From positions 1 to 64,000 of the forward strand of contig JAUCBJ010002077.1 of NCBI GenBank assembly GCA_032718475.1: a stretch of DNA of 64,000 bases. Reading direction: 5' to 3'. The first letter of the stretch is position 1. Every line of letters begins with the position of its first letter. The notes under the pieces are model-generated. The model was not told the DNA's origin and searched no databases. It saw nothing but the letters and a program-made list of their open reading frames with translations. Made by a program: the position numbers and the translations under genes. Positions 35,326 through 48,490 of this stretch are shown here, one piece after another. Source of the stretch: Nemertoderma westbladi. Lineage: Eukaryota > Animalia > Xenacoelomorpha.

Positions 35326-38300
35326 CACGTTTTTCAAACGAAAACAATAAATTAAACTGAATACCACTACTGGTCTGCTGGTTTGAGTTCAATTTATGAA
35401 GTGATCAGCTGATATTTGTACCGTCCCAATTTTCCCATGGAGAGGTATGAATTTTGGTTGCCGTCAGCAACCAATCCCCCCCCCCCCCGGACCCCCTCCC
35501 CCCGCCCCCTTCTGGATGGATGAGGCCATGTTTACAGTATTCCTCCGGAACATATGTACACACATACCCCAGGAAGCACAAGACATTCACCGAAGACATT
35601 GAACATTGAAATATCGTTACTTATTCAGTTTTCACCCATGACTGCATGATGTAATCAGGTAATAATCTATGAGACAATGTTTAGATTAGGTACAACATGC
35701 AGACATTACCAGAGAAATACCCCAATTTGACATTTTAAAATAATGTAATAACTTTAATCACTACAGTAGCTGAACGAAATTAAATATGAACCAACACATT
35801 CAATAATGATTGTTCACTAACACATTCAGTTTTGTGTCCATTTATTTATATCAACAAGTAAAGTACCTAAAATATGACCTGTGAAGATGGAATACTGAGG
35901 AATACTGAATACTGAACCCCCCCCCCCCCCCCCCTCCTCCTCTCTCCGTTATAATTTATAATATATTATAAATTAGTAAGTGTTGTAAATATATCCCATA
36001 GCCTGGGGATATGGGGTTACAATTTGGGTAATTAAATTGTCTAATGGTAACTTCATTAATGTTTGGAGTATATAAACCCGTTCGTTTGTAGAAAATGACA
36101 GGCCGTCAAAGTTATGTTCCAAGGGTATACATATTTATCCAAAATCGTGTCCTACCCTCCTTAAACAGATTGTGTGGTCAAATTGCAGGAAGTAGGAGGG
36201 TCGAATAGATATAATTTGGGAAGCAGAATCAATACTCATTACAATAAATGTTTATTTGGCGGCATTCCGACACCATGTAAAGAGTCTGTAGATGTTGTTT
36301 TTACACCATTTTTTTTTTAAGAAAAAAGTGAAATTCTATATAGTTTGTTATGCTAGACGTTATTTTAAGCCACGGGTCATGTCAATGGTCAAGCCAATGG
36401 TCACGGGACAGGAGTTTTAATCGCCCCGTAAGTTTAAATTTTAAAAGTTTAATTAAAAGTTTAATAAATTAATTAAATAACACGGCCTTTTAATTGTCTT
36501 ACTTGCATCAGTAATTCGAAGTGACTACTTCGAATTACCAGATTTTCATTGAGAAATAATGGTTTGTTATGGAACAAAATAATTGAAACGCCCGAATTCA
36601 GGACTTTCGAAGGTATGGTTAGTGCATACAAAGAATCATATACACATCATTATTATAGTTGAATAAATCTAGAGTTGGAAATCCAAAATGTTGTTTTTAA
36701 CGATAACAAATCATTGAGTAATGAAAGTAATTATGAAAATACTATATCGCAGCGTTACAGAGAATTACATTACAGTACGTATTAGTTTGCGCAAAGAAGA
36801 TATGGTATGTATAACATTCCATAAATAGAATTACTAAACATACCGGTAACTTCCTTTACAAAATCGAAACATCTACTTTACGACAAATGATGATTTACCA
36901 TAAAAGGAAGTGGTTGTGGTGAATTAATGTTTCATTAATTAATAATCATTACTCTAATGTTCAATAGAGTCATCTCATGGTGGTAGCAAAAATATCTTTG
37001 TTAAGCCATCGTATATATACGTCCGTCGATTCTTCATTAGTCCTATATTATCCAAAGTGCACTAGTGCACTTTGGATAAGAATTTCCGAGGCTTCAAGAT
37101 GCTTTATGGTTCTCTGGAACACCGAATTCAAGAAGTTGAGGTACTGGATGAAGTAAGTAAACTTCGAATTTACTCGAGGGAGGGAATATAAATGTAAGTT
37201 ATAAAGTTGTAAGTAATAGGGTAATTCATACATATTGTTGAATTAATCAAATGATTATAGGAGACAGATATGTCAAAATTCGTATTAATTACCTAACCTC
37301 GTAAGATTTCTTACTTACTCACTCTAGTTGAGAGATCTAAAAAAATTGCAATAAAAAAAGGGGTTAAATTAGTTGCCTTGAATTCACGTCTCTCTGTAGA
37401 TCCCCGGAGAGGGGCCGTATAAGAATTATGTATAACCAAACACAGTAACTACATAACCGAGCGTAGATAATTTTATAGTTAGATTAGATTGAACGACAGA
37501 AACTGTAATGACTGAAAATTGTAATCAGTGATACAGTCATTATGTGTAAACATTCTATTTGATGCTTCCCATTACAAGCCCTATCATTCCCTTGCATATG
37601 GTACATAATATCCTGCAACCATGACAATAGCTCAAACATGTTGACGTTGATTTAAACTAACCTTTCCTCTGGAACAAAATGAACAAAATAATGGTCTATG
37701 AATACACCGTTGGAAATAATACTTGGAAATTGTATGTAAGTAATGTAATTTACGTCAACATCATAGTCCCATTATCAGGACGTAGATTATTAACAACCAA
37801 AGTAAAAAGTTGATTCGATTCGATTCCCAAATCAAAGGGAATCGATTTTCAGATGGGATGCGTTAATCCGAAAGTCTTATTAATACTGTTTTTTTAAAAA
37901 GATCTATTTATATATTATATATTTTAGATTATGAGACTAATGTTCCTGTCGTGCCCATGGGTGCATGTCTGAAAAACTCGTATTACTGTAATTTGTAATG
38001 TTAGTTTATCTATAGTTGATAGTTGACAAATTTATTCCAGATTTATTGTTCTAATAATATAAGAGTAATCATTTAATTTTATATAGTGTGACGTATAATA
38101 AATAGGACTAAGACATACTAAGACATACTAAGACTAAGATATTTAAATTTTCATTAAATTTTTTATATCTTTTTAAAAGCTTTTTAAATTTTTTGTAGTT
38201 TTCTTGGCGTATAGTGTATAATGATGAATTTTTCCATGTTATTTGTGGAAGAACTCTATAGATATAAATAATATCCGTAACACTTGTTTAGCTATATCTA

Positions 38301-39399
38301 AAATTTATGAGTCATTTTTACGTTGTAAAGTAGTAAAGTAGAGTTAATCTAAAAATGTGCTATTTCTAATATGTATTACTATATTGATAGACAAAAGATA
38401 TTAATACTTAATTCTGCGGACTTAAATCACTGAAATGAAGGGAAAGGGATGTCAAATTGGAGTCACTTCAAACACTTCAAATTGATATGTACCTTTCATT
38501 ATACCTTTCTTGGAATAATCAATGGTTTTGGACAGATCAAATGGAATACCATTTATTGAAGGGCTTGGAAATACCAATTGTGGAGTACAGTAGTATAGAA
38601 CTGGTCACATAGACAACGTATTTCTTGGACGGGCGGGCCTCATACCACTGATCCGATAATGTAACTTCGTGAATATTCACCTTTTACCGGAAGGAAAACA
38701 TTTTATTTTTATAGATAATTATTAGCAACTCGGAGAACCCTGTGCTTTCTAGAAGAATATGGAATAAGAACAGGAAATTCGTATGGACGGTTACCATATA
38801 GTTCATATTGTTGATCCGTCGAACGACGATGTAAGTTGTAAGTTGTACATTATTCAACGTATATAAAACGGTTCAGTAATACGCAACAAAAAAATAGATA
38901 CTGCTGACAATACTTATTGTGATTTTGGCCTACTATACCTAATTTTGATACCCATTTTTCCGGTCAGTGTGACGGGATCAAGGGATCCCGACCGGGTTAA
39001 GTCTTTACGCGTCACGGCAGGCTGATGGGTGGTTGTATAAAAGGTTTGAGTTTGATGTTCAACTGAAGTATAATATAAACTAATGATAGCAGAAACTGAG
39101 ATAACCGGTAGACCAATATAATAAATCAGTGTATAGCAGCACCGCAACAATTACCAGTACCTGGTTGGTCTACCGGTTCACTTCATTTGAACCGGTGTCA
39201 TAATTTCCTGTACTCTTTCATCTGCACCTGCACCAAGTATTCTAGAATTAGCGCGATGCGCAAATCATGTCATATTATGTAGGTAGTTTTTTTCTTTATG
39301 TGTGTTTGTGTTACTTAATTTGTGCTTTTAGTCCACTTTTGTCATATATTTTACTATGGATATTAGTTCTGAAATAAAGTTAATAATAATAATAATGCC

Positions 39400-39490
39400 G
39401 AACTCCAAAGAAGCATTAAAAGCATGTCTAATAAAAAGCGAGTGGATTAGATGAAATCCCAGCGGAGGTATAGAAAACCGGAGTGCTAAA
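39400..39490 (+). mobile_element. LINE ORF2 relic
   Basis: Translates to ASGLDEIPAEV*K, matching the KxxGxDxIxxE motif that precedes non-LTR RT. Confidence 0.5.
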
Positions 39491-39649
39491 AAGACCATAC
39501 TTGGTCTTATAGGTAAATCTGTTCAGACCGTCTTTAGACTTATGGTCTATTCTAATGATTCGCCGGGACAACGTCCTCCTCTCTCCACCAGAGCATGCAC
39601 AAGGAACGCCATGTGATTGGACAAAGCGAATTTTTTTTAACCTGGGCAG

Positions 39650-39849
39650 CTACAGTGCCGCTAAATCCACGCTAAAGTGCCGCTAAAGAACCGCTAAAAA
39701 CCGGATAATTATCCCGCTAAAAACGCCGCGATCGCGGGTACCACTTTTACGGCGATTATCCGGATATCATCTTATAAAGATAGCGGGATATTAACAGGAT
39801 GGTACATCCCGCTATTAACGCGCTAATCGCGGACATGTATTTGCTGGGA
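39650..39849. mobile_element. One end of a DNA transposon (CCCAGCAAA terminus, CCGCTA subterminal repeats)
   Basis: Ends TTTGCTGGG with multiple CCGCTAA/TAGCGG motifs. No partner end found. Confidence 0.4.
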
Positions 39850-40449
39850 TCTGAGCAGCTGAGTAGAACGTGTAATTGCAATAAAGTATAGGCCTGTAGG
39901 CTACTGTATTTATGATGCTATGTTTTTAGGCCTAGTAAATTAAAAATTAAACAGTTACCGCACGCATAGCTTAAAATTTAGAACTGCATAAAAAATTAAA
40001 ATTTTAGATTTAATTAATTAAAGGTAGCTTAATTAAACAATGAAAAATAATTTATTAATTATACTCAGGAAACCCGTGTGGGTATGTGCATTCTTCTTAC
40101 AATGTCACCCATCATAACAACCAGTTGATATGGTAAGGTAACACGATTAACACTATTCATAACATTGACCATTCGAAAATGCATACTCAATATAGGCAGT
40201 AGGGGAGAAGTTCAAATTTCAACTGAGGTGAAATTCAAAACTCTATGATTTAAAATTCAACTTTTAAGTTGAAAATTCAACAATGGCAGGAGGCCCAGAA
40301 GGCCCCCAAGATGTGATACAGTAGAAGTAAGTATAAATTACCATAAGCAGAATATAGCATATAGGTAGGTATAGGTAGGTATAGGTCTAATTTATACAGT
40401 AGAAGGGGTGTTTTTATTGTTTTTATAGGATGTAACTCGAAAACCATTA

Positions 40450-40800
40450 CCCTTACCATGGAATACCAACGGTAGGTTTCCTTCTTTCATTTTTGAAAGA
40501 TTTATTTTTTCGACTTGTGAAAGAGTTCGGTCCAGTTGATTAATGTCGTTCGATTTTTTCTGAAACCACTGCCACTTAATACGTTGCTCCGTTTAAGCCA
40601 TTTAAACATGAAATTCTCGAGGCATTTTAAGCTTATGTTTTAGAAAACCGAAAATGAATCATTCTGGGACTTTCCATTACAAGAGTTTCTATTACAATTC
40701 GCATTTAGGCATTTGACAGTAATTGACAAAACAACGGGTCGATGAATCCCAGGACTATATGCTGCATGCTTAACCTTATTGCCCTACACTGAGGAACTAA
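40450..40800 (-). mobile_element. Old LINE RT relic
   Basis: Minus-strand fragments HRPVVL and SGFRKNRT resemble the YRPISL and QxGFRxxRS motifs of non-LTR RT. Confidence 0.35.
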
Positions 40801-41039
40801 AAGTAGGCTTACTGTGACTGACGTACCCAGATACTATCAACAAAATAATCAATACCATGAAATTATTAACTTTAAATACTGGAGAAGGTTGATAGAGCCA
40901 AATGGAAGAAAGAAAGATTGAATATAAAAACTACCGATTTTTCTTGATTGAAATGATTTTATTGAGCCATATTGCTTTTATTGTAAATGTATTGTAATTT
41001 AAAAATGGAGGCATGATTCCACAGCACCTCCTTAGATCT

Positions 41040-41937
41040 TTATGTCCTTAGATCATCATAATGATGATGGGGTGATGGTAACTCCACCTGCTGGCTCCAG
41101 AAGTCGAGGAAATCCTGCCAAGTACCTAACTGATGTAGACTTTGCTGATGACTTAGGAGTGTCAGAATCACTAGAGGGAGCCCAACGGCTCCTCAGCTAA
41201 TTAGAACAGGCTGCTTCTAGTGTTGGTCTTTTTATTAACTCCAAAAAGACCAAACTTTCACAGTTAACTTTGAAAGTCCTCAGCAAGTCTCTCGCCGGAT
41301 TAGCATAAATGCGCATACATATATGGTATGTTTGAGCATGTGGACGACTTCTGTTACCTGGGATCATGGATCCGGAAGTCAGGTGAAGATCTTGGAAAGG
41401 CATGGGGCAGCCTTGAATATGCTTTCCAGGGTGTTGAAGTCACATAGAATTAATCGGAAACTTAAGGTTCGATTATTTAGAGCAGCAGTAGTTCCAATAA
41501 TGCTGGGCTTTAACTGCTGAGGACACCAAATCTCTGGATACCAGATTCACAAGAATGCCACGCCGGGTTCACTGTGTCAGGTACAATGCACACATCTCCA
41601 ACGAGACAGTATATAACATGGAGGTGTCCTATTGGTTCCCCCATGCTTGACACTAGAACAAAGCCACCTCCGCTTTGCAGGACATTGCTTTCGCCGTGAG
41701 CACCAGCCAGTGCATAATCTTGTACTTTGGCAGCCTCACAGAGTGAATAAGCATGGTGGACAGCCCATGACTTTCTTGAGACGCATCTTAAAGGACACTG
41801 GCCTTGACGATGCGGATGATCTAGCAAATGTCATGGGTGATAGGGACTTGTGGCGGCGCAATTTTGTCGACAAGCCGGCACAGCATTCTTAAAATTTCCG
41901 CTGCAATGCAGCATGCCGATCCTAGTAGTAGTAGTAG
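41040..41937 (+). mobile_element. 5'-truncated RTE-like LINE with (TAG)n tail
   Basis: YLTDVDFADDL at ~41123-41155, VDDFCYLGSW, KVRLFRAAVVP, LRFAGHCFR; 3' tail CCTAGTAGTAGTAG. Confidence 0.85.
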
Positions 41938-42654
41938 GAGTATGATTCCACAGTGATTGGATAATGTGGTATTTCGCAGCACTATTAAATGTTTGCGTGA
42001 ACAGACATGAATTAGAATGATAGTGATTTTCTGCACCACTATGTTCTTTAGCCTTGCTTAACCTTACCTTGCTGTATGTGGAAACAGACATTTTGTCTGG
42101 TTATTATCTTTGGTTGTAATAGTAGTGCATCCAGTAGTATTAAAACTTTAAATTTCAATTTTGTAAAAAGTAAACTTTTTCCAAAATTTGTCACCCATTT
42201 CATAACTACAATATTGGATTGTGGATATCTTCACTATGCTGCCTCTATAATCACAATAAACTTAATAAATTTATGTTTCATAAATTAACTACATAGTAAC
42301 CCCTAAGAAAATATGACAGACCCTCAAAGTGTTTGTCAGTAGGGCAAAATATTTTTACTTAATTTAGTAGTTTCAATAAATTTACAATAAATGATAAAAA
42401 TAATTCCTTTAAATTAGCTCATAAAACATTGATTTCATTACATTTTGATATGCTGAATCTTGAATACAATGGAAAATTCTAACATAACACTTGAAACATG
42501 TGATTGTGGCAACACTGGAACGAGCCAGGATAACAGAACAAAGAATAACTAAGAATGTTGCTTAGCAACATAACAACAAGAACAATTAGATACTATAATA
42601 GTGACATTGTGTCACGTTGGTTACAAAATAAACCAGTTCTCTGGAATCTCTGTG

Positions 42655-42728
42655 GGGCGAGCCACGAAGTTGGCGGAGCCTTAGCGAATTGACACTGTTA
42701 GGGGGTGGGTCAATTTATGCAAATAGTT

Positions 42729-42779
<51 letters not shown>

Positions 42780-43975
42780 GTCGTCGTCGTCGTTACGATT
42801 TTGACATGCTAATAACTTTGTCGGATTTAAAGCTGCCAAGTTGAAAATTTGTAGGTATCAATATGAGCAAAAGTTGAGATTTTTGAGAGACTTTCAGACA
42901 CCATCAGTGCAATGGTCTCCCGCTAGAGGGCCACATGTCTAAACATTAAATGCCCTCCCATTTCTTTGCTTTTAATCCGTTTAAGCTGAAACTTGGCAGA
43001 TATGTATTAGACCATTAGCTGTGACTTTCAAAGGAGGCGAATCCATCTGCAGTTCTCCAGTCTGCCGCTAGAGGGCCAAAGGTCTGAAAGTGAAATCGTT
43101 GTCGTCGTTACGATTTTGACATGCTAATAACTTTGTCGGATTTAAAGCTGCCAAGTTGAAAATTTGTAGGTATCAATATGAGCTAAAGTTGAGATTTTTG
43201 AGAGACTTTCAGACACCATCAGTGCAATGGTCTCCCGCTAGAGGGCCACATGTCTTAACATTAAATGCCCTCCCATTTCTTTGCTTTTAATCCGTTTAAG
43301 CTGAAACTTGGCAGATATGTATTAGACCATTAGCTGTGACTTTCAAAGGAGGCGAATCCATCTGCAGTTCTCCAGTCTGCCGCTAGAGGGCCAAATGTCT
43401 GAAAGTGAAATCGTTGTCGTCGTTATGATATTGACATGCTTATAACTTTGTCGAATTTAAAGCTGCCAAGTTGAAAATTTGTTTTGTTGAAAATCAGTTC
43501 AACAGTCACCCGCTATAGGACTACTTTATGCCTGAAGCTGAAAGTGAATAGATTCTCCCGTCTCATTGATTTTAATCAGTTTAAGCTGAATCTTGCCATA
43601 TATTCTGGACCACATGCTGCGTCTTTGTGGGGGGGGGGGGGGGGGGGGGGGAGATTTAATCGGTCTGCCGCTATACGACGAAATTTCTGAAAGTGAGATC
43701 CGTCTCTCATTTCGTTATCCGTTATTCAAGATGAAACTTGGCCGATGTACGTATGTACTATTCATCCATAGGCTGTGTCTTTGTGGGGCTGGAGACCCTA
43801 ATCCATCTTCAGTTCTCACTATACCGCTAGAGTCAGAAATGTCTGAATAGAAATGAAAGAGGTAAAAAGTGATTAGGCGAAATCTGCTTAAAATTTGCTA
43901 ATACAGTAATACTTTCGAATTAGTACTTAAATTAAATTTAAGTCACGTGCTGCGCGAAGGCCCCACTTCGTGTAC
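42655..43975. mobile_element. Helentron-associated non-autonomous element (DINE-1/HINE-like)
   Basis: Subterminal IR CACGAAGT (42663) / ACTTCGTG (43965), 5' hairpin, (GTC)n microsatellite 42726-42794, then 315-bp tandem repeats (starts 42795, 43110, 43425) made of ~150-bp subunits. Confidence 0.7.
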
Positions 43976-44439
43976 ATTAGCGTATATTAATAATTACGAC
44001 TTGACATTTGAATATACTAATTGTACACCATATACAATAAACAACAAAGTATTAGAACATAATTTAGCTCACGCTAAATGATAATACAACATGTGGTTGT
44101 GCAGTCAATGATGCACTGGGTGTAACAGATATAATGAAATGTATATTAAATTTTAAATTAAATTTAAATTTATTTAAATTTATATATTAAATTATAAAAT
44201 CGATTTGGTGAATTTCAAAACAAAATAGAGTAGGCCTACCCTATATGGCCAAATGTCCAAGATCTGATGATAGTCTTCTATGATTCAGTAAGCATAACCC
44301 CTAATAAATCAGTTAGTAAGTGTATCATATATGGAATGAACCTCTGTGTAAAATAATTAGTCTTCAGTTATTAATTAATAATTGGGATTGGAGTCTCAAT
44401 TAACTAGCAGAGCTAAACAATTATACATTTATGGAAGTT

Positions 44440-45912
44440 TCAGTTCCTTGGCAAAACTTTAATCTTGTATGGTAGTGGTTCAAAAACGAAACCAGGTTTA
44501 ATGTCAGATAGACTGGGAAGATCTTCACCAGGAACTATTGTAAATCTGTGAAGTAAATGAGATACAAACAGTTTGATCTCAACTATAGCTAGTCGCTCTC
44601 CAACGCACTTCCTCGGCCCCAATCCAAATGGCACAAACTCTTTCGGTTTTATGAGATCTCCATCATCCGAAAGAAAATGATGAGGGAAAAATTTATCAGG
44701 ATATTTCCATATGCTCGTGTCCCGCATGATGCTCCAAATGCTAACTACTACAGTATCACTTGTCTTTATTTTGTACGAACCGATTTTTGTTGATTGATTA
44801 GCACCATGTGGCAAAGTTGTAGGTAGCGCGACTCCCAATCTCATTGTCTCAAACAGACAGGCTTCTAGGTACGGTATATTAGATACATCATCGAGAGTTG
44901 GCATTCTTGATCTCCCTACATGATCATCTAAAAGCTTCTGACATTTTCTTTGTATTTCCGGGTAGGTGGCCATTATCAGAAAGAACCAAGACAATGTCGA
45001 TGCTGTTGCTTCGCTTCCAGCAGTAATTAAATCACTAATGACAGCAGCAAGGTTTGCATCACTATAGAAATTAGCCTTGTTGATATTGTTAGAGTTAAGA
45101 TGTTTTCTTTCTTCCATTAAGTGATTGTCTACGAAATCCACAGGGCGTTTGGAATAGTCAATGTTTTCTCGATGTTCTTCAATATACTTCCGAAAGCTAC
45201 GTGCTAATTTACCCAACAAATAATATAATGTATTTTTTTCGCCATATATCAAATTCGCCATTAACTTTGGCACTAGGAATGTTATGCTCGCTGTCTGATT
45301 CATTTTCGATATTTCTACAAAAAGATTATCGAGAAATGGGTCATTGTATTCAAACTTTTGATGGAAAAGTAGATCACATATAATATTTGCTGACATTTTG
45401 CGTAAAATATTCGATGGATCAAAATGCTCATGTTCTTTAAATGATATCCATTCACAGAGGTGAGATACCTCATCTACGACAATATCTTCCATGGTACGAT
45501 CTCTGGTACGTTCCTGGTTCAATAGGGATTGGTTAACAATCTTCCTGTTACGAACCCAAGTCGTACCAGATCCTAATATTATACCGCTGTTAAAATCTGA
45601 CACTGCTGCTGGTCTCTCTGAAAATATTTTCATATTTTCCAGAAGAGCTTGTTTAGCAAATGAAAAGTTATTTAAAACAATAATATTTCTTCCGGGTATA
45701 GGTATTCTAAATATATCTTCACCAATATTTTTACAGCATTTCTGTACTTCACGCGCAGGCCACATCACTCCATTTCTCTTAATATTGTAAGCAACAGCAA
45801 CTATGAAGGACAGGTTGGGGAGTTGGGGACAACATCTGTCATTCGACATAAACCAAATGCATAGGCATATTGCCAACAGGGAAATGATAATTGCAATAAA
45901 CATATACAACAT
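44440..45912 (-). CDS. Cytochrome P450, clan 2 (CYP2-like), single exon, copy A
   Basis: N-terminal TM anchor, WVRNR (WxxxR), I-helix AGSEAT, ETMR (ExxR), PHHF, heme motif FGLGPRKCVG. Confidence 0.93.
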   Translation of the reverse strand: MLYMFIAIIISLLAICLCIWFMSNDRCCPQLPNLSFIVAVAYNIKRNGVMWPAREVQKCCKNIGEDIFRIPIPGRNIIVLNNFSFAKQALLENMKIFSERPAAVSDFNSGIILGSGTTWVRNRKIVNQSLLNQERTRDRTMEDIVVDEVSHLCEWISFKEHEHFDPSNILRKMSANIICDLLFHQKFEYNDPFLDNLFVEISKMNQTASITFLVPKLMANLIYGEKNTLYYLLGKLARSFRKYIEEHRENIDYSKRPVDFVDNHLMEERKHLNSNNINKANFYSDANLAAVISDLITAGSEATASTLSWFFLIMATYPEIQRKCQKLLDDHVGRSRMPTLDDVSNIPYLEACLFETMRLGVALPTTLPHGANQSTKIGSYKIKTSDTVVVSIWSIMRDTSIWKYPDKFFPHHFLSDDGDLIKPKEFVPFGLGPRKCVGERLAIVEIKLFVSHLLHRFTIVPGEDLPSLSDIKPGFVFEPLPYKIKVLPRN

Positions 45913-47154
45913 ATTTGCGTGCAGCTATGTTCTTTTGGATTAATAGTTAATCAAACCATTTATATGTGTATTTAATTTCAATTTCAAAACAAAATTTCAA
46001 AAACAAACACTGAATATCTCATATAGTTTACCATTAGCACAATTAGGACCTAATAATATGTACTGGTACAATAATAACTTAGTTGACTGTTGAAGCTCGG
46101 CCTGCTGATAATTTATTACACAAGATATCGAAGTGTCCATAATTATTGTTATAAAAACAGCTGATGCTAAATCAAGCAAGGATCAAAAAAATAAAATAAT
46201 CTTCAATTTAATATTGTAACAAAGCAAACAACATTGCTTAACAACTGACCTGCACCATGTTATAATTGAACTTGCAAGGCAATTATTAGTTTTTGTAGGA
46301 GTATATATCTGCAATGACACTTGATTACTTATACGTTCCCGCTTGATTCTTCAAATTAAGGTTTCCAAACTTTTTTATTTACGGTACATTAAACTATTTC
46401 ATATAATTCACAAAAATAAGCGATTAAATTTTGTGGCATCAATTTGTAGTATATACAGTACGGTAGGTGGACAATAGTTACAACCTATAATATATTTATG
46501 AAGATGGGGCTCGCAATACAAACATACAACACAAGAACAGGAAATATTTTAAGTAGTTGCGATTAGTGAACTTTGCACGCCTGGTATATGATTTGATTAT
46601 GATGGTATAATTATGATTGTAAGTGCTGATTATGATACATATTAGGTATTCTTTGCATTTGCTTGACTAATAGAGTTTATTTGTGTGTGATAAGTTTATT
46701 ATCCAATAGCTGTTCAATGTGCAAGACCAAGAACATCCTTCAATTGTAAATCTCGAGGTGGATACGACACTTGGGAATTTCGGCGTGAATTTCGGTGCAG
46801 TTAAAATCAGACTAGAAGCTGTATAAGTTGTGCACTGTTACGCCTATGAGCAAAATGCTACTGCTTCGGCCATTTTTTTATACTGCTGTACTTTGGGAAC
46901 TACTTGCCTTCTGTGAGCAAAGGTAGTAAAGAAAAAGTTTGTGGTAGTTGGTAGTTACGGGACAGTTGATGATGTACAGGATATGGATTATCTGCCAGTT
47001 GAATTCCTTCCTCACCTTGTCAGTGAAAATGGACTACTAAACGAAAACTTCAAACTAAGACTCATATAAAATACTATTTAATGGTATTTTATAGCATTTT
47101 GTCGAATCACGCACTCATCCTTAGACCCCCTTGATGAGCGTCAAACACTAACCG

Positions 47155-47610
47155 TCATCTACGGGTATACTGTACGCTTTCCTTGTGGTGGTTGCCAGAA
47201 AAGTCGTCTTTACTTCTCCAGCAGTGCCCACTGACTCTTAATCTGCGTTCACGGCGGGTGGTTGATACAGGCGGTATTGTACCATAGAGCTCGGCGTTTG
47301 TGATGTGTTGTCTCCAGCTGATGTTTAGAGCTGCCCTTAGTAGTCTTGTGTAGCAACCATAAATTCGGTGTTCAAGTGATTTCGTCAGTGTCCAGGTCTC
47401 ACCCCCGTAAAAAATAACACTTTTCACTGTGGCTCGAAAGAACTTAGTGTTCAGGTGCCTGGAGAGATCTGATTTCCAGATGGTATCCATTTTTGATAGA
47501 GCTACCCATGCCTTTGCTTTCCTAACTTCTATGTTTTTTTTGCTACTATCTACCCATGGCCCAAACGTACAGTACTGGAAGTCGTCAACCTTCCTCAGTT
47601 GATTATTATC
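47155..47610 (-). mobile_element. RTE-like LINE fragment, different subfamily
   Basis: VDDFQY...IEVRKAKAW...IWKS...FRATV..YGGETWTLT...RLLR..LNISW..HITN..LY...GHCWR. Confidence 0.85.
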
Positions 47611-47989
47611 AATGGGGTTCACGACTCAAATTCAAAACCAGATTAATTAGATGCAATAATATCACAGAACCACAATGGCAGAATGGCGTTTACAGAATTC
47701 AATAAGATGCTAAAATAGCCGAGATATTGGTGTTTTCAATTTAAAAATTATTCAAAATATGAAAACGGTCTGTGATTGGTCGTGACGTCACTATACGCCT
47801 CTGAATTCATTTATATCAACATTCAGATACCAAATACTGAAATACTATCTTTGTATAAATTCTGAAATTGGGGCAGTTTGTTACTGCAGTACTGCAGGGA
47901 CTGCTATATTACTACTGTACAGCAGTCTGGCAGTACAGTGCAGCAGTCACCGGTACAAGCACTGCAGCACTGTATACTTGCTTATTTAT

Positions 47990-48490
47990 ACGGTGAACGG
48001 AGAGTAAACGGGCTGACGGGACACAGCAAGGCACAAGCAACAAGGAGGAGCGAACCGGGGTTTCCGGAACAACGACAAGGATGAGCGAATACGGCGAATG
48101 GGAGTACCTCTGTACCTGGAGCCGCGAGCCGGAACGCCCATAAGAATGTCCCATTAAACCTACTACGTCGGTACTGACAAAGGAAGGAAATGATGTACGT
48201 ATAGGCCTCCATAGATATTATGACCTGGCGGGTTCAGGTAGTCAGGCAAGAGGAGAATGACATTGTAGTATCTGTACGGGCCGTATCAGATGTGTACAGT
48301 CAAGGAGGAATCGACCAACGGTTAGTGTTTGACGCTCATCAAGGGGGTCTAAGGATGAGTGCGTGATTTCGACAAAATGCTAACGATGATACCGGAACTA
48401 TCATCATGGGGGTCTAAGGATGAGTGCGTGATTCGACAAAATGCTAACAATGATACCGGAACTAGTGGCGACGTAGTCGCTTATGTATTG
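47990..48490 (+). repeat. Unclassified dispersed repeat (homolog at 56045-56510; 64-bp inverted copy at 47092-47155)
   Basis: Shared blocks GTACTGACA.AGGAA, AGAT.TTATGA...GCGGGTTCAGG, CAGTCAAGGAGGAATCGAC.AACGGTTAG, GGATGAGT, GCTAACAATGATAC and AGTGGCGA...GTAGTCGCT. Confidence 0.75.

Noticed and set aside
48318-48385. Hammerhead ribozyme in the conserved stem-loop (CT(A/G)AGGA...GACA)
   Set aside because: The core is not intact in any copy (no GAAA), and CTCATC/GATGAG pairing competes. Kept only as an unassigned structure.
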